Positions 52,702-53,818 of a DNA stretch of 53,818 nucleotides are shown in pieces. Numbering within the stretch: the first letter of the stretch is position 1; every line of letters begins with the position of its first letter. The position numbers and the translations under genes were made by a program. A model generated the notes under the pieces. The model had not been told where the DNA came from and did not search any database. It saw nothing but the letters and a program-made list of their open reading frames with translations. This stretch comes from a virus (taxonomy: Duplodnaviria; Caudoviricetes): positions 1-53,818 of IMG/VR virus record IMGVR_UViG_3300042559_000579. The stretch is one strand, 5' to 3'.

Positions 52702-53146
52702 GGCCTACCGCCCCCGGGGGGTGAACCCCCAGGCTCATGTGGTGGCGCTGACAGGCGCGGCCCTGCTGTCGCTTGACGACCGAACGGTGTGGGCGCTGGA
52801 GCTCGACGATGCGATCACGTCTGTCGGCCGCGGGAAAGCCACGCTGGAGCAGTGGGACGCCATCTTCGCCGCCGCTGCCCTGGCCGAGCAACTCGTGATC
52901 GACCGGCTGGCAAAAGACACCCAGGGCGTCATCAAGGCAGCGCATCAGGCGTGCGTCGACATCCTCACCCGCACCGGCACTCGGGCCGTCCGTGCCGGCG
53001 AACTCGCCGCCTTGCGCGACCTGCAGGCAAGCTGGGTAGACCTGCTGGCCGACCTCACCCACAGTCAGAAATTCCAAGCCGAGGAGCGCATAGCCATGCG
53101 CAAGAAGCTACCAACCAACCTCAAGGTGCCCCAACCATGTCCCTGA
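52676..53146 (+). CDS. hypothetical protein
   Basis: PRKAYRP N-terminus; helical; 156 aa. Confidence 0.7.
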   Translation: MPRSSRPRKAYRPRGVNPQAHVVALTGAALLSLDDRTVWALELDDAITSVGRGKATLEQWDAIFAAAALAEQLVIDRLAKDTQGVIKAAHQACVDILTRTGTRAVRAGELAALRDLQASWVDLLADLTHSQKFQAEERIAMRKKLPTNLKVPQPCP

Positions 53147-53818
53147 TTGCCTCCCACGCCGCAGAGTCCGGCCACTGGTACGCCCGCAACGGAGATCCGA
53201 CCTACAAGATGCTCGGAGCCAACGGCAAGCTCCGCCCAACGACGCTCAGAGACGCTCGGAAGCACAACCTCGTACCCTCGGTCACGACGATCATCAACGT
53301 CGCAGCCAAGCCCGGTCTAGACCGCTGGAAACAGGAGCAGGTGCTGCTGGCTGCCCTGACGCTTCCCAAGGTCGACGCCGAGGCCGACGACGAGTACATC
53401 TCCCGCATCCTGGACGACTCCAAGGATGCTGCCCGATCCGCCGCGGACGCCGGCACCGACATCCACGCGTCGATCGAGGCGTTCTACCGAGGCGAGCCCC
53501 GAGACAGGCACCAAGAGCACGTCCAGGGCTTCCACAAGGCGCTTGAAGGCCTCTTCGGCATGCAGCCCTGGGCGGCCGAGCGATCGTTCGCCCATGAGGC
53601 TGGATTCGGCGGGAAACTGGATCTGCACGCCCCCGGCTTCGTGGTCGACGTCAAGACCAAGGAGTTCACCGATCCGTCCAAGGTCGACGGGTACGACGAG
53701 CACCTGATGCAGCTTGCCGCCTACCGGGTCGGCATGGGCATGCCAGAGGCGAGATGCGCCAACGCGTTCGTCTCTCGATCAGTTCCCGGCCTGTGCGTCT
53801 TCAAGGAGTGGACGCAGG
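53137..53818 (+). CDS. PD-(D/E)XK exonuclease (runs off window end)
   Basis: HWY..NG.P, PSVTTII, GT.IH..IE, FGGKLDL, VVDVKTK, MQLAAYR; frame open to the end. Confidence 0.85.
   Translation, partial: MSLIASHAAESGHWYARNGDPTYKMLGANGKLRPTTLRDARKHNLVPSVTTIINVAAKPGLDRWKQEQVLLAALTLPKVDAEADDEYISRILDDSKDAARSAADAGTDIHASIEAFYRGEPRDRHQEHVQGFHKALEGLFGMQPWAAERSFAHEAGFGGKLDLHAPGFVVDVKTKEFTDPSKVDGYDEHLMQLAAYRVGMGMPEARCANAFVSRSVPGLCVFKEWTQ

Larger units (their letters stand above)
1..53818. mobile_element. Near-complete tailed dsDNA phage genome (podovirus-like, probably a GC-rich Proteobacterial host)
   Basis: Complete set of terminase, portal, capsid, tail, lysis and replication genes; no bacterial housekeeping genes; the two ends fall in the same gene. 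Confidence 0.95.

Overview
The window is almost certainly a near-complete, circularly permuted, GC-rich (~54 kb) tailed-phage genome. The exonuclease gene running off the right end appears to finish at bases 1-63. A long minus-strand late block encodes terS, terL, a 1491-aa polyvalent-type protein, portal, GroES, scaffold, Mu-gpT-like major capsid, adaptors, fibres, lysis genes, a P22-gp10-like hub, a 2259-aa repeat protein and three ejection-type proteins, consistent with podovirus-like morphology. An early region holds small genes behind repeated sigma70 promoter/leader cassettes, Ref and RuvC nucleases, two DUF1376 initiator-type genes and a Cro-like HTH. A divergent plus-strand operon encodes an SSB-like protein, an HNH nuclease, a Tad2/DUF2829 protein, many small genes and the exonuclease. 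I see no integrase, CI repressor, DNA polymerase, tRNA or CRISPR array. Most interesting: (i) a shared [FYMLK]-x-x-G-G-x-[VA] peptide tag repeated across four unrelated late proteins and bounding modules of the polyvalent protein, a candidate head-cargo targeting or processing system; (ii) the polyvalent protein itself, with peptidase-like, ART-like and glycosylase-like modules and an internal SD/ATG; (iii) repeated promoter+ACAGCGAA leader cassettes; (iv) a three-way-junction RNA with an anti-SD loop ahead of the replication initiator. Family names come from motif recognition only; no searches were run.
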